64,000 nt of DNA, taken from an uncultured Acidimicrobiales bacterium (lineage in GTDB: Bacteria; Actinomycetota; Acidimicrobiia; Acidimicrobiales; SZUA-35). Both the position numbers and the translations under genes were made by a program. Position 1 is the stretch's first letter. The number at the start of each line of letters is the position of its first letter. The DNA lies in assembly GCA_937976305.1 (NCBI GenBank), contig CALJSB010000041.1, forward strand, positions 16,150 through 80,149, given 5' to 3'. The notes below the pieces were generated by a model, which had not been told where the DNA came from, made no database searches, and was given only the letters and a program-made list of their open reading frames with translations. Positions 28,257 through 37,242 of this stretch are shown here, one piece after another.

Positions 28257-28318
28257 GTGTCTGGTCTACCAGCCCGACGACACCGCCACCATCGAGCCGG
28301 TCAGCTCTCCGCTGTCTG

Positions 28319-29341
28319 TCACGGGGAGAATGGGATTGCCTTGGTGTAGACCGCTTCGTAGCTGACCATCTCGAAGCCGAGCTTGGTGTAGAGCTGGAAG
28401 GCGCCGCCAGCGTTGTTTGTGTCGACCCCGAGCATCGCTTCGGTCATGCCGCGATCCTTCAGTGCCAGCATTGACATTGCGAGCAGAGCACCAGCGATGC
28501 CCTGGTTACGCCACTCGTGGTGGGTGGAGATGAATTCGGTGTAGCCACGCAGGCGTCCGTACTTCTCATTCTCTGGCTCGTTGATGAACGGCTTGACCTG
28601 ACCAACGATCGTGTCGCCGGCCCAGGCGATCTGCCACAGCGTCTCGTCCCGATGGGGGTTGTCGAGGATCCACGAGTAGATCGACTCGTCGATCTCGACG
28701 AAGTCCCACTCTCCCCGGAAGCACTCGTGGTGGGCGGCGACGATGTCGCGCAGCTGAGATTGGTCGACTGGTCGGACCTCAACCCCACGTGGGAGCGGTA
28801 GCTCGGGAATGTCGTCGAGATTCGGGCGCCGTAACGTCGCCCCGAACTCTGTCGCTTCGTAGCCGAGTTGCTCGAGCCACGCTCCCTCACCAGCCGACGC
28901 CAAGCCGGGGCCTGGATGCGACGCGTAGGCCCGGTATCGGGCGAGGGGAACTGCAGCATCGCGATCGGCCAGATGTGCCTCCTGGCCGAGGACGAGCGGG
29001 ACAAACAGCTGTTCACTGATGTGCCCGGGCAGCGCAGGGGCAAACACGACGCAATCGCGCTGGCCGTCGGCGAGGTCGTGAATAGACACCCGACCGTACG
29101 CCACCGTCGCCGTTGCGCCGTCTGTGTCGACGTGGTCGATCAGATAGATGTCGAGCCCGGGGTCACAATCGGTCAGCGCTGCGTAGGTGACGTCGAACTC
29201 AGCCTCTGTTGGTTGACCGGGATCGTCGAACGACTCGCGGTAGGCCGACAAGATGCGTGACATGGCTGCGTGATCGGCTTGGCCGTCGTATCGGCGGGCC
29301 GAGTACGGAGCGGGAAGCTGAAAGCGATCTGCGAGGTGCAT
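28319..29341 (-). CDS. Tandem-domain GNAT acetyltransferase
   Basis: C-terminal ISTHHEWRNQGIAGALL...LGVDTNN..GAFQLYTKLGF. Confidence 0.85.
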   Translation of the reverse strand: MHLADRFQLPAPYSARRYDGQADHAAMSRILSAYRESFDDPGQPTEAEFDVTYAALTDCDPGLDIYLIDHVDTDGATATVAYGRVSIHDLADGQRDCVVFAPALPGHISEQLFVPLVLGQEAHLADRDAAVPLARYRAYASHPGPGLASAGEGAWLEQLGYEATEFGATLRRPNLDDIPELPLPRGVEVRPVDQSQLRDIVAAHHECFRGEWDFVEIDESIYSWILDNPHRDETLWQIAWAGDTIVGQVKPFINEPENEKYGRLRGYTEFISTHHEWRNQGIAGALLAMSMLALKDRGMTEAMLGVDTNNAGGAFQLYTKLGFEMVSYEAVYTKAIPFSP

Positions 29342-29448
29342 GAACCCACGACGCTAGTGCCGGTGAGTGATCTCACGGGATGGATGTGCGCCCTCTACGC
29401 TGGCACACGCGCTACTTCTGACCGATCTCGACTCCGGAACCTCTGAGC

Positions 29449-30129
29449 TTGCCCACGCACTACGAAACCCTTGGGGTCAGCCCCGCTGCGGGCCATGACG
29501 AGATTCGTCGTGCCTACCTCAAGGCGGCGCGCGCGTATCACCCAGACAAGTTCGTCAACGAGCCGGCAGCTCGGTCCGGTCAAGCCGAAGACTCGATGCG
29601 CCAGGCCAACGAAGCCTGGCGGGTGCTCGGTGACAACAGTCGGCGAGCCCGCTACGACGAGGCGATTCGACTCGGTGCCACAGCGGGTGCTCGACCCAGC
29701 CGAGTCGACTCCATCCGGACCGACGATGGCATTACGCGGGTCGACCCTCGTCTCCTCGACCCACAGTTTCTGGCCAACCGGCGCACGAGCCAGGTCGAAG
29801 AGCTCGACAAGCAGCACTCGTCCGTTCTTCGCGTCATTCCTGTCCTGGCCTTTTTTGGTCTCCTCATCGGCATCTTCATCTTCACTGCTTACGCCAACGG
29901 CTCTTCCAACACCTCACCACCCGAGACGACGGTCCCGGGGCCAGCCATCGGGGTCGACGCGGGCGTGTGTGTCCGCATTCAGCAGGGGCCGACGCTCATC
30001 GAGGTTCCGTGTACCGGGGTGATCGACGGACGAGTGCTCGGTGCGTACGAGCCTGGCGGCCAGTGTCCCGACCTCACGATTCGCGAGGTCGAACTCGCCA
30101 ACGGTGTCACGGCATGTCTCGGAACGTGA
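29449..30129 (+). CDS. J-domain (DnaJ-like) membrane protein
   Basis: THYETLGV...IRRAY...HPD...NEAWRVL, then one TM and a small 4-Cys extracellular domain. Confidence 0.88.
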   Translation: MPTHYETLGVSPAAGHDEIRRAYLKAARAYHPDKFVNEPAARSGQAEDSMRQANEAWRVLGDNSRRARYDEAIRLGATAGARPSRVDSIRTDDGITRVDPRLLDPQFLANRRTSQVEELDKQHSSVLRVIPVLAFFGLLIGIFIFTAYANGSSNTSPPETTVPGPAIGVDAGVCVRIQQGPTLIEVPCTGVIDGRVLGAYEPGGQCPDLTIREVELANGVTACLGT

Positions 30130-30182
30130 CCTCATCTACCCACTGGGCCGACGACTCTCGACCAGCCGACTAGGTTTCGAGC

Positions 30183-31580
30183 ATGGACTTCCGGGGTCAT
30201 CGGCTCATCGATCTTGCGTCTGACGTGCGAGCCCGCAATCGCACAGCGGTCGAGTTGGTCGAGGGTTCGCTGGCCCGCATCGCCGACGTCGAAGGTGATC
30301 TCAACGCCTTCGTGGTGGTTGATGGCGACCGAGCGTTGGAAGACGCAGCCGATATCGATGCTCGACTCGACAACGCTGAGGGCGTCGGGCCGCTTGCTGG
30401 GATCCCGTTGGCAGTGAAGGACCTCGAGGATGCAGCCGGGTTGCCAACCCGCTACGGCTCGCTTGTCTCCGACCCCACGCCAGCCATCGGTGATTCGGTC
30501 CTTGTGGCTCGGTTGCGAGCGGCAGGGTGTGTGATCGTCGGCAAGACCACCACCCCCGAGATGGGGCACAAAGGGGTCACCGAAAGCCCGCTGAGTGGGG
30601 TGACCAAGAATCCATGGTCAACCGACCGCTCACCCGGTGGATCATCGGGTGGGTCCGCGGCCGCCTTGGCGTCCGGCATGGTGCCCCTGGCGACTGGTTC
30701 AGACGGTGGCGGCTCGATCCGCATACCGGCGGCACTCTGCGGATACTCAGGGATCAAGACAACGCAAGGGCGTGTTGCCAACGGCGGCCCGAACGCTCCT
30801 GGCTCCGGCCTCTTCACGGTAAAAGGGCCAATGGCGCTCAACACCACCGACACGGCGTTTGCCCTCGACGTGTGCGTCGGACCGCACCCAACTGATCCCT
30901 TCTCGCTACCTCGGTCTGGTGCCCCGTGGTACGACGCCGTTTCGAGCTCGTTTCGTCTTCCCGATCGCGTGGTGTATTCGCCGACGCTCGGATTCGCCGA
31001 GGTCGATCGTGAGATCGCAGAGGTGGTCGAGGCTGGAGTCGGCCGGCTGGAGTCGGCAGGTATTGAGGTCGTGCGGCTCGATGACATCTGGCCGGAGGAT
31101 CCCGTCGGCCCGTGGTTCACCGGGTGGGCCGTGATGCGGGCTCGGGCTCAAGGACATTTGCAAGACACCGACCAGTGGGAGCAGATCGACGAGAGCCTTC
31201 GCTTTCAGATCTTGATGGGGTTGGACGTCAGTGGTGTTGATCTGGCCAAGGCCCAAGATGCGATGTACCACTACAGCCTTGCCCTCGACCGGGCCTTCGA
31301 GCAGGCCCCGATTCTTCTGACGCCCATGGTTGCCGGGCAAACGCCTGTTGTGGGTCACGAGGGCACGATCAACGGCGAAGCCCAAGTGAGTTGGGTGTCG
31401 TTTAGTTACGGCTTCAACATGACTCGCAATCCCGCCGGCACCGTGCCGTGCGGGTTGACGGCCGATGGCATGCCGGTCGGCCTGCAGGTGGTTGGTCGCC
31501 AACTCGACGACATCTCGGTCTTGCAAGCCATGGTTGCCTTCGAACAGGTGCTGGGCTCAATCGGCCACGCCCCCATCTGA
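30183..31580 (+). CDS. Amidase-signature family hydrolase
   Basis: AVKDL, GKTTTPE, PGGSSGGS, GSDGGGSIRIP (Lys-cisSer-Ser triad). Confidence 0.95.
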   Translation: MDFRGHRLIDLASDVRARNRTAVELVEGSLARIADVEGDLNAFVVVDGDRALEDAADIDARLDNAEGVGPLAGIPLAVKDLEDAAGLPTRYGSLVSDPTPAIGDSVLVARLRAAGCVIVGKTTTPEMGHKGVTESPLSGVTKNPWSTDRSPGGSSGGSAAALASGMVPLATGSDGGGSIRIPAALCGYSGIKTTQGRVANGGPNAPGSGLFTVKGPMALNTTDTAFALDVCVGPHPTDPFSLPRSGAPWYDAVSSSFRLPDRVVYSPTLGFAEVDREIAEVVEAGVGRLESAGIEVVRLDDIWPEDPVGPWFTGWAVMRARAQGHLQDTDQWEQIDESLRFQILMGLDVSGVDLAKAQDAMYHYSLALDRAFEQAPILLTPMVAGQTPVVGHEGTINGEAQVSWVSFSYGFNMTRNPAGTVPCGLTADGMPVGLQVVGRQLDDISVLQAMVAFEQVLGSIGHAPI

Positions 31581-31592
31581 CGGCAACTTCCC

Positions 31593-31644
31593 CCGAACTG
31601 GAGGCCTGTACCGGCGAAAACGCCGGTGGGAGCCTCCAGAACGG
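31593..31644. repeat. 52-bp palindromic REP-like element, copy 2
   Basis: CCGAACTGGAGGC-ctgtaccg-N10-cggtggga-GCCTCCAGAACGG between convergent genes. Same length and architecture as 2088-2139. Confidence 0.8.
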
Positions 31645-31659
31645 GCGTGTTTTGCGGTT

Positions 31660-32583
31660 CTAGGGGTTCAGGGCTTGGCGCAGGGCTGCGCCGGCGTCGT
31701 CATGGGCGCCAACGGCAGACGGGATCTGATCCCACCGTGATGCGAAGCCGTGGATTTGTCCTTCGTAGTTGGTGACGGTGGTGGGTACGCCGGCCCCCGT
31801 CAAACGTTCGCCCCAGGCAACTCCTTCGTCTCGCAACGGATCGAACTCGGCCACCTGAATGAAGGCCGGTGCCAGGTTGTCGACCGTGGTGGCTCGCATC
31901 GGCACGGCGTAGGGATTCTCGCGATGCTCGACCGGCACGTACTGGTCCCAAAACCACTCCATGTCGCTGCGCCGCAGGAAGTAGCCCTCGCCGTTGTCGA
32001 TCATCGATGGTCGGGTGAAGTCCGTATCAATGCACGGATAGATCAGCAGTTGAAAGGCAAGTGGGAGCCCAGCGTCACGAGCCCGCAGCGCAACCCCGGC
32101 CGCGAGGTTCCCACCCGCCGAATCTCCGGCTACCGCAAGGCGGGCCGCGTCGCCTCCGAACGCTGTCGCATGCTCGGCGACCCACCTCGTGACGGCCCAA
32201 CAGTCCTCGTGAGGGGCTGGAAACGGATGCTCGGGGGCGAGCCGATAGTCAACAGACACGACAATGCAGCTGCTGCGCTGAGCGATTCGTCGAGCCAGGC
32301 TGTCGTGACCGTCAATGTTCGAGAGCACCCAACCGCCACCGTGGAAGAACACCACAACGGGGAGTGGGTCTGGGCTCTCAACGGGGTGGTACACCCGGAT
32401 GGGAATCGGACCGTCCGGACCCGGAACGCTCTGATCGCTGACCGAGGCCATCTCGTCGCCAACGGGCTTTGGGGCGGCGTCGTACCCCGCTCGAGCAGCC
32501 TCAGGTGTTCCGGCTGCAAGGGGAGGGGCATTGCTCGCCGCGAGAGCTTCGAGCAGAGCAGCAACATCGGGGAGAAGTGGCAT
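31660..32583 (-). CDS. Alpha/beta hydrolase, HSL-family esterase/lipase
   Basis: HGGGW oxyanion motif, GDSAGGN nucleophile, DPLRDE, IHGF. Start MPLLPD at 32583. Confidence 0.95.
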   Translation of the reverse strand: MPLLPDVAALLEALAASNAPPLAAGTPEAARAGYDAAPKPVGDEMASVSDQSVPGPDGPIPIRVYHPVESPDPLPVVVFFHGGGWVLSNIDGHDSLARRIAQRSSCIVVSVDYRLAPEHPFPAPHEDCWAVTRWVAEHATAFGGDAARLAVAGDSAGGNLAAGVALRARDAGLPLAFQLLIYPCIDTDFTRPSMIDNGEGYFLRRSDMEWFWDQYVPVEHRENPYAVPMRATTVDNLAPAFIQVAEFDPLRDEGVAWGERLTGAGVPTTVTNYEGQIHGFASRWDQIPSAVGAHDDAGAALRQALNP

Positions 32584-32641
32584 GCGCTGAGCTTCGCAGA
32601 CCCGGTCTCGACTCACCAGCGAGTGTGGTAGACCGACCGGC

Positions 32642-34075
32642 GTGCCCAACCGACCGAATCTGCTGTTCGTGATGAGTGACGACCACGCCGCTCATGCCAT
32701 CTCGGCCTACGGAAGCAAGATCAACACCACGCCCAATCTCGATCGCATCGCCGAGAACGGCATGCGGCTCGACGCCGCCTTCTGTACGAACTCGATCTGC
32801 GCTCCGAGCCGGGCTGCGATCCTCACGGGAACCTTCAACCATGTCAACGGCGTCACCACGCTCGACACATCACTCGACAACTCGCTTTGGAACGTCGCCA
32901 AAGAGCTTCAGGCTGCCGGCTACGTCACGGCCCTGATCGGCAAGTGGCATCTCGGTCACGGTCCGGGTGCTGATCCGTCCGGGTTCGACTTTTGGCGGGT
33001 CCTGCCGGGCCAAGGCCACTACCACAACCCCGTGATGCTGGAGGAGGGAGGTCGGATCGTCGAACGCGGCGGCTATGTCACTGATCTCATCACCGACGAT
33101 TGCATTGCGTTTCTCGAACAGCACCAAGCGGACGAAGAGGGTAAGCCGTTCGCGCTGTTTTGTCACCACAAGGCTCCGCACCGATCGTGGGAACCCGCTC
33201 CTCGGCACTTCACGAAGTACGACGATGTTGAGATCCCTGAACCGCACACGTTTCGGGACGACCTCGTCGGGCGAGCGGAGGTGATTCAAGCGGTGCGGAT
33301 GCGCATGATGGATCTCGATCCCATCGTTGATCTCAAGGCAGCGGTCCCAGACGGCCTTTCCGAAGACGAAGAGATCGCCTGGCGTTACCAGCGCTACATC
33401 AAGGACTACCTGCGGGTGGTTGATGCGATCGACGAGAACATGGGCCGGCTGCTCGACCATCTGGAGGTAACAGGAGACAGCGACGACACCGTGGTGATGT
33501 ACACCTCTGATCAGGGCTTTTTCCTCGGCGACCACGGTTGGTTCGACAAGCGCCTGATGTACGAGGAGTCACTGAGGATGCCGCTTCTCATCCAGTTTCC
33601 GAGTCGCATCGCCCCCGGTTCGAGCAGCGACGAGATCGTCACGAACGTCGACTTCACACCAACCATTCTGGAACTGCTCGGCGTCGAACGTCCCGAGCAC
33701 CTGCAGGGTCGCTCGTTTGTTCCGCTCCTCGAAGGTGCGCCGCCAGCCGACTGGCCCTCGTCGATGTACTACCGCTACTGGATGCATCGAGACGGATCGC
33801 ACCTGTGCCCTGCTCACTACGGCGTCCGCACTCGAACCCACAAGTTGATCTGCTACTACAACGACCCCCTCGACCAGCCGGGAGCCCATGGTCCGGCCGA
33901 CCCCGTTGAGTGGGAGCTCTTCGATCTTGTCGCTGATCCGTATGAGGTCAACAACGTGTTCGGCCACCCCGAGCATGCCGCCGTGCAGGCGGAGCTCCTG
34001 ACGGAGCTCGCTCGGCTTCAGGCCAAGGTCGGTGACGAGCCCTTCGACCACTCAGGTGCACCGCCAAGCGCTTGA
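32642..34075 (+). CDS. Formylglycine-dependent sulfatase (cytoplasmic)
   Basis: PNLLFVMSDDH, CAPSRA (CxPxR), GKWHL, HKAPHR, SDQGF.LGDHGWFDKR. No signal peptide. Confidence 0.95.
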   Translation: MPNRPNLLFVMSDDHAAHAISAYGSKINTTPNLDRIAENGMRLDAAFCTNSICAPSRAAILTGTFNHVNGVTTLDTSLDNSLWNVAKELQAAGYVTALIGKWHLGHGPGADPSGFDFWRVLPGQGHYHNPVMLEEGGRIVERGGYVTDLITDDCIAFLEQHQADEEGKPFALFCHHKAPHRSWEPAPRHFTKYDDVEIPEPHTFRDDLVGRAEVIQAVRMRMMDLDPIVDLKAAVPDGLSEDEEIAWRYQRYIKDYLRVVDAIDENMGRLLDHLEVTGDSDDTVVMYTSDQGFFLGDHGWFDKRLMYEESLRMPLLIQFPSRIAPGSSSDEIVTNVDFTPTILELLGVERPEHLQGRSFVPLLEGAPPADWPSSMYYRYWMHRDGSHLCPAHYGVRTRTHKLICYYNDPLDQPGAHGPADPVEWELFDLVADPYEVNNVFGHPEHAAVQAELLTELARLQAKVGDEPFDHSGAPPSA

Positions 34076-34159
34076 GATGCGGTGCGGGGCTCGGTAGTAC
34101 GGTGCCCGTTACGAGCTGGCGGCTGTAGGCCGCTCGCGGTCCACGCCAAAGGAATTCAC

Positions 34160-35263
34160 GTGAGCGCATCCCCAAATCGACCACCGCTACGGATTCTCGA
34201 CGCGGCAGGCTCGCCCAGTGACCTCGGTCGGGCCCACGGCGAGGCCTACGCCGAAGAAATTCAGCACTACGCCAACGACCGGGTCGGACTCGTTGCCTCC
34301 GGTCTGTGGAGCGGTGGTCCTCTCGATCGATCAGAAGTGTTGGCGATCGCCGATTCGATGCTCGATGCCCACGAGGCATTCGACGCTGACCTCTTCACCG
34401 AACTGCTTGCGCTTGCCGATGCCGCGGGAATCTCGCCTGCGGAGGCGATCGTTGTTGGTGGCTTCACCGACTTTGTCGACACCGTTCGGGCTGTGGTTGG
34501 CGGGCCAATGCCACTCAGCGTTGTCGAAGATGACTGCACCGCAGCGATCGTTCCGAACCATCGAGCCGGCGGGGCCGGTCTGTTTGGCCAGACCTGGGAT
34601 ATGCACGACACCGCAACCGACCACGTCACCCTGCTCCGGCTGCGGCCCAACGATGCGCCAGACGCCATCGTGTTCACTACAACCGGTTGCCTGGGCCAGA
34701 TTGGTATGAACGCCGAGGGTGTGTGTGTCGGGATCAACAATCTGGTGGGCATCGACGGCCAGCGTGGTGTGGCCTGGCCATCGGTCGTGCGAGGAATGCT
34801 CAAGACCGAGACCGCGGACGACGCCCTCGCCGTTCTGCTCGACGCCGATCTCGCAGGGGCTCACAATTTTCTGATCTTTGATCGCGCTGGGGTCGGCCAC
34901 AACGTCGAGGCGATGCCGTCAGAGCGGGCCGTCACAGCGCTCGCTTCTGACCCGATCGTTCATACGAATCACACTCTCGACCCCGCCACGACCGCAGTCC
35001 AGGCACCGAAGGACGACGGCTTGATGGCCAGCTCGGCGACCCGGCTCGAAACGGCTCGGAAGTTCCTGGCTGAGGGGCCAATCGACGAAGAACGCCTCTT
35101 CGAGATGACTCGCGAGCCGGAAGCAATCTGCCAAGTTGCCGCAGCGCCGTACCACATCGAATCGAGCGGAGCGGCGGTGATGCGGCCGGCAACCGGGGAC
35201 TTCTGGGCGTGCTGGGGCCGTCCTGCCGACAACGAGTACGAGCATGTGAGCTTCGATGCCTGA
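34160..35263 (+). CDS. Peptidase C45 / acyl-CoA:6-APA acyltransferase-like Ntn hydrolase
   Basis: DLGRAHG pro-domain, DD|CT autocleavage site, GQTWD, IGMNAEG, HTNH. Confidence 0.88.
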   Translation: MSASPNRPPLRILDAAGSPSDLGRAHGEAYAEEIQHYANDRVGLVASGLWSGGPLDRSEVLAIADSMLDAHEAFDADLFTELLALADAAGISPAEAIVVGGFTDFVDTVRAVVGGPMPLSVVEDDCTAAIVPNHRAGGAGLFGQTWDMHDTATDHVTLLRLRPNDAPDAIVFTTTGCLGQIGMNAEGVCVGINNLVGIDGQRGVAWPSVVRGMLKTETADDALAVLLDADLAGAHNFLIFDRAGVGHNVEAMPSERAVTALASDPIVHTNHTLDPATTAVQAPKDDGLMASSATRLETARKFLAEGPIDEERLFEMTREPEAICQVAAAPYHIESSGAAVMRPATGDFWACWGRPADNEYEHVSFDA

Positions 35264-35969
35264 TCCAACAGGCCAGGCCGAGACGCCGGCGGACGTCGTT
35301 GCTGTCGGACCTACTTCAGGGCTGCAATACACACGGCTCACCCCTGCGATGGCCGACGCTGTTGCGCAGATGGAGTTGATGGCGTTTCCCACCGCCGAAC
35401 CCGCTGATCTGTACTCCGCCGCAAGCCTCGTTGCCCTTGCCACCGAGTTCTCGCAGGGAACCTTCGTCGGATTCGACGGTGACCAACGCGACACTCCGGT
35501 CGCGTGTGGGTTCGGGGTTCGGGTTCGTTTCGACTTGTCCTCGCCGCAGCACAACCTCAAGGAATTCATGGAGGGGATGCCCTCGGTGAGCGGCGATGAC
35601 CCAGCAGGGGAGTGGTACTACGGTACCGACATCATCGTTCACCCCGACTATCGCCGGCGGGGAATCGGCGGCGAACTGTATGACCTGCGCAAAGATGCGG
35701 CTCGTGAGCTCGGGCTGCGGGGCATCATCGCTGGTGGCGTGATCCCTGGTTATGCCGAGCACAAGGCATCGATGAGCGCCGATGAGTACATCGACGCAGT
35801 TCGGGCCGGCGAACTCTATGACCCGACGCTCACCTTTCAGCTCGCCAACGGCTTCGAGGTGCTTTGTGCGCTCGGGAACTACATGGCCGATCCCGCAGTC
35901 GACGACTACGCAGCCATGATCGTGTGGCGGGTTGCTGACAATCACGCGGAAGCAGGCAACGACTCGTGA
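35256..35969 (+). CDS. GNAT family acetyltransferase (YkwB-like)
   Basis: YYGTDIIVHPDYRRRGIGGELYDLRK, GGVIPGY, DPTLTFQLANGF. Overlaps the upstream stop by 8 bp. Confidence 0.88.
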   Translation: MPDPTGQAETPADVVAVGPTSGLQYTRLTPAMADAVAQMELMAFPTAEPADLYSAASLVALATEFSQGTFVGFDGDQRDTPVACGFGVRVRFDLSSPQHNLKEFMEGMPSVSGDDPAGEWYYGTDIIVHPDYRRRGIGGELYDLRKDAARELGLRGIIAGGVIPGYAEHKASMSADEYIDAVRAGELYDPTLTFQLANGFEVLCALGNYMADPAVDDYAAMIVWRVADNHAEAGNDS

Positions 35970-35998
35970 GCGAAATCCGGTAGGGTTCGGGGTTCTTC

Positions 35999-36072
35999 GG
36001 ACCGTTAGCTCAGCTGGCTAGAGCGCTCGCCTCACACGCGAGAGGTCACTGGTTCAAGTCCAGTACGGTCCA
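35999..36072 (+). tRNA. tRNA-Val (anticodon CAC)
   Basis: Acceptor GGACCGT/ACGGTCC, D-arm AGCTCAGCTGGCTAGAGC, anticodon arm CTCGC-CT-CAC-AC-GCGAG, T-loop GGTTCAAGTCC. CCA is not encoded. Confidence 0.97.
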
Positions 36073-36076
36073 CGTC

Positions 36077-36101
36077 GTGAGGCTCGCAGGACGAGCCTCA
36101 C
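36077..36101. terminator. Hairpin downstream of the tRNA
   Basis: GTGAGGCTCG-cagga-CGAGCCTCAC, a perfect 10-bp stem followed by a T-containing tract. Confidence 0.7.
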
Positions 36102-36198
36102 TTACCGCCTTTTCGCGCTGGGGCGCCAAAACGCTCTTGCGTGGGTCAACTTGCGCTCGCAACGTCGAAGAGAAATCTCCACGTCGTGAAGACAACGC

Positions 36199-37110
36199 CT
36201 ACGCCAGCTTGTTGGCCAGCTGGGTGAGGAGTTTTTCGATCTGTCCGGGGTGGCGGTCGAGCGCTGCTGGGGGATCACGGAGCCACACGTCGAGCTTGAT
36301 CAGGTCGGTGAGCGCTAGGCCGGCATCGACGGCGGGGGAGTGCATCGACTCGCCCCACGCGGCGACATAGTGGTGCACCGCCTTGTGGCCGAATCCGTCG
36401 AGGATCGTGCCACAGCTCATCAGCGGGTGAGTGAGAACTGCGTCGCCCCAGTCGAAGAGGCGCACGGGTGGCCCGACAAACACGTGGCTTGGCTTGAGAT
36501 CGGAGTTGCTGATGACCATGTCCATCGAGCCAAGCTGGGCGATGAGCTCGACAACTCGTGATCTCCACGATGCACAGCCCTCGGCGACGTTGCCAGCAAG
36601 TGGGTGGGCAACAGCTCGATCGAACAGTTCCAGCAGCATCGAGGGTTCGCGGCTTGGGACACCGGCTGTTTGCAGCTCGCGAACCACATCGACACTGGCT
36701 CGTTGAGATCGCAGATAGACATCGACCACATCGATGGGATCGGGGGCGCACTCCGGCTGTTCAGCGGCCGTCGGCCCGCCATCGTCTGCGAGAAACCAGC
36801 CATGTTCAGGGTGGTGGGCGACGGGTGACAACACCGTGTCTGGTGCGAGTCCGTCAATGAGGGTGAGCACGGTGGCCTCGTAGCGGAAGGCCTCGTGGTT
36901 TGCCTTGAACCACATCGTGCTGTGGTCGGTCTCGAGCGATGCAACAAGGGCCCACGGACGAGCTCGGCGTATCGTCACCGGACCTTGGCGTAGACGGCCG
37001 CATGCGCTCAGCTCGCGGTCAATCCATGGGGTTGCCAGGGTGATGAGATCGTTCTCTGCCGCGGCCATGAACAACATCGTTTCACAGCAGCCGCCCTGCT
37101 CCGGTTGCAT
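36199..37110 (-). CDS. Phosphotransferase (APH-like) fold protein with degenerate catalytic loop
   Basis: MWFKA, GWFLADDGG, NSDLKPSHVF (HxDLxxxN equivalent), LFDWGDA. Start uncertain (37068-37110). Confidence 0.72.
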   Translation of the reverse strand: MQPEQGGCCETMLFMAAAENDLITLATPWIDRELSACGRLRQGPVTIRRARPWALVASLETDHSTMWFKANHEAFRYEATVLTLIDGLAPDTVLSPVAHHPEHGWFLADDGGPTAAEQPECAPDPIDVVDVYLRSQRASVDVVRELQTAGVPSREPSMLLELFDRAVAHPLAGNVAEGCASWRSRVVELIAQLGSMDMVISNSDLKPSHVFVGPPVRLFDWGDAVLTHPLMSCGTILDGFGHKAVHHYVAAWGESMHSPAVDAGLALTDLIKLDVWLRDPPAALDRHPGQIEKLLTQLANKLA

Positions 37111-37242
37111 GACGTGGCGTTTGGGAGCTTTTCGCAGCACCAAAGGGATCTCATGGGCCAATTGGCCCACATGCTTCAACAACTGCCCTCATTTGAGTGG
37201 GTCCTCTTCACTTTGAGTGGCGGCGGCCGACCGAGCCCGGGT

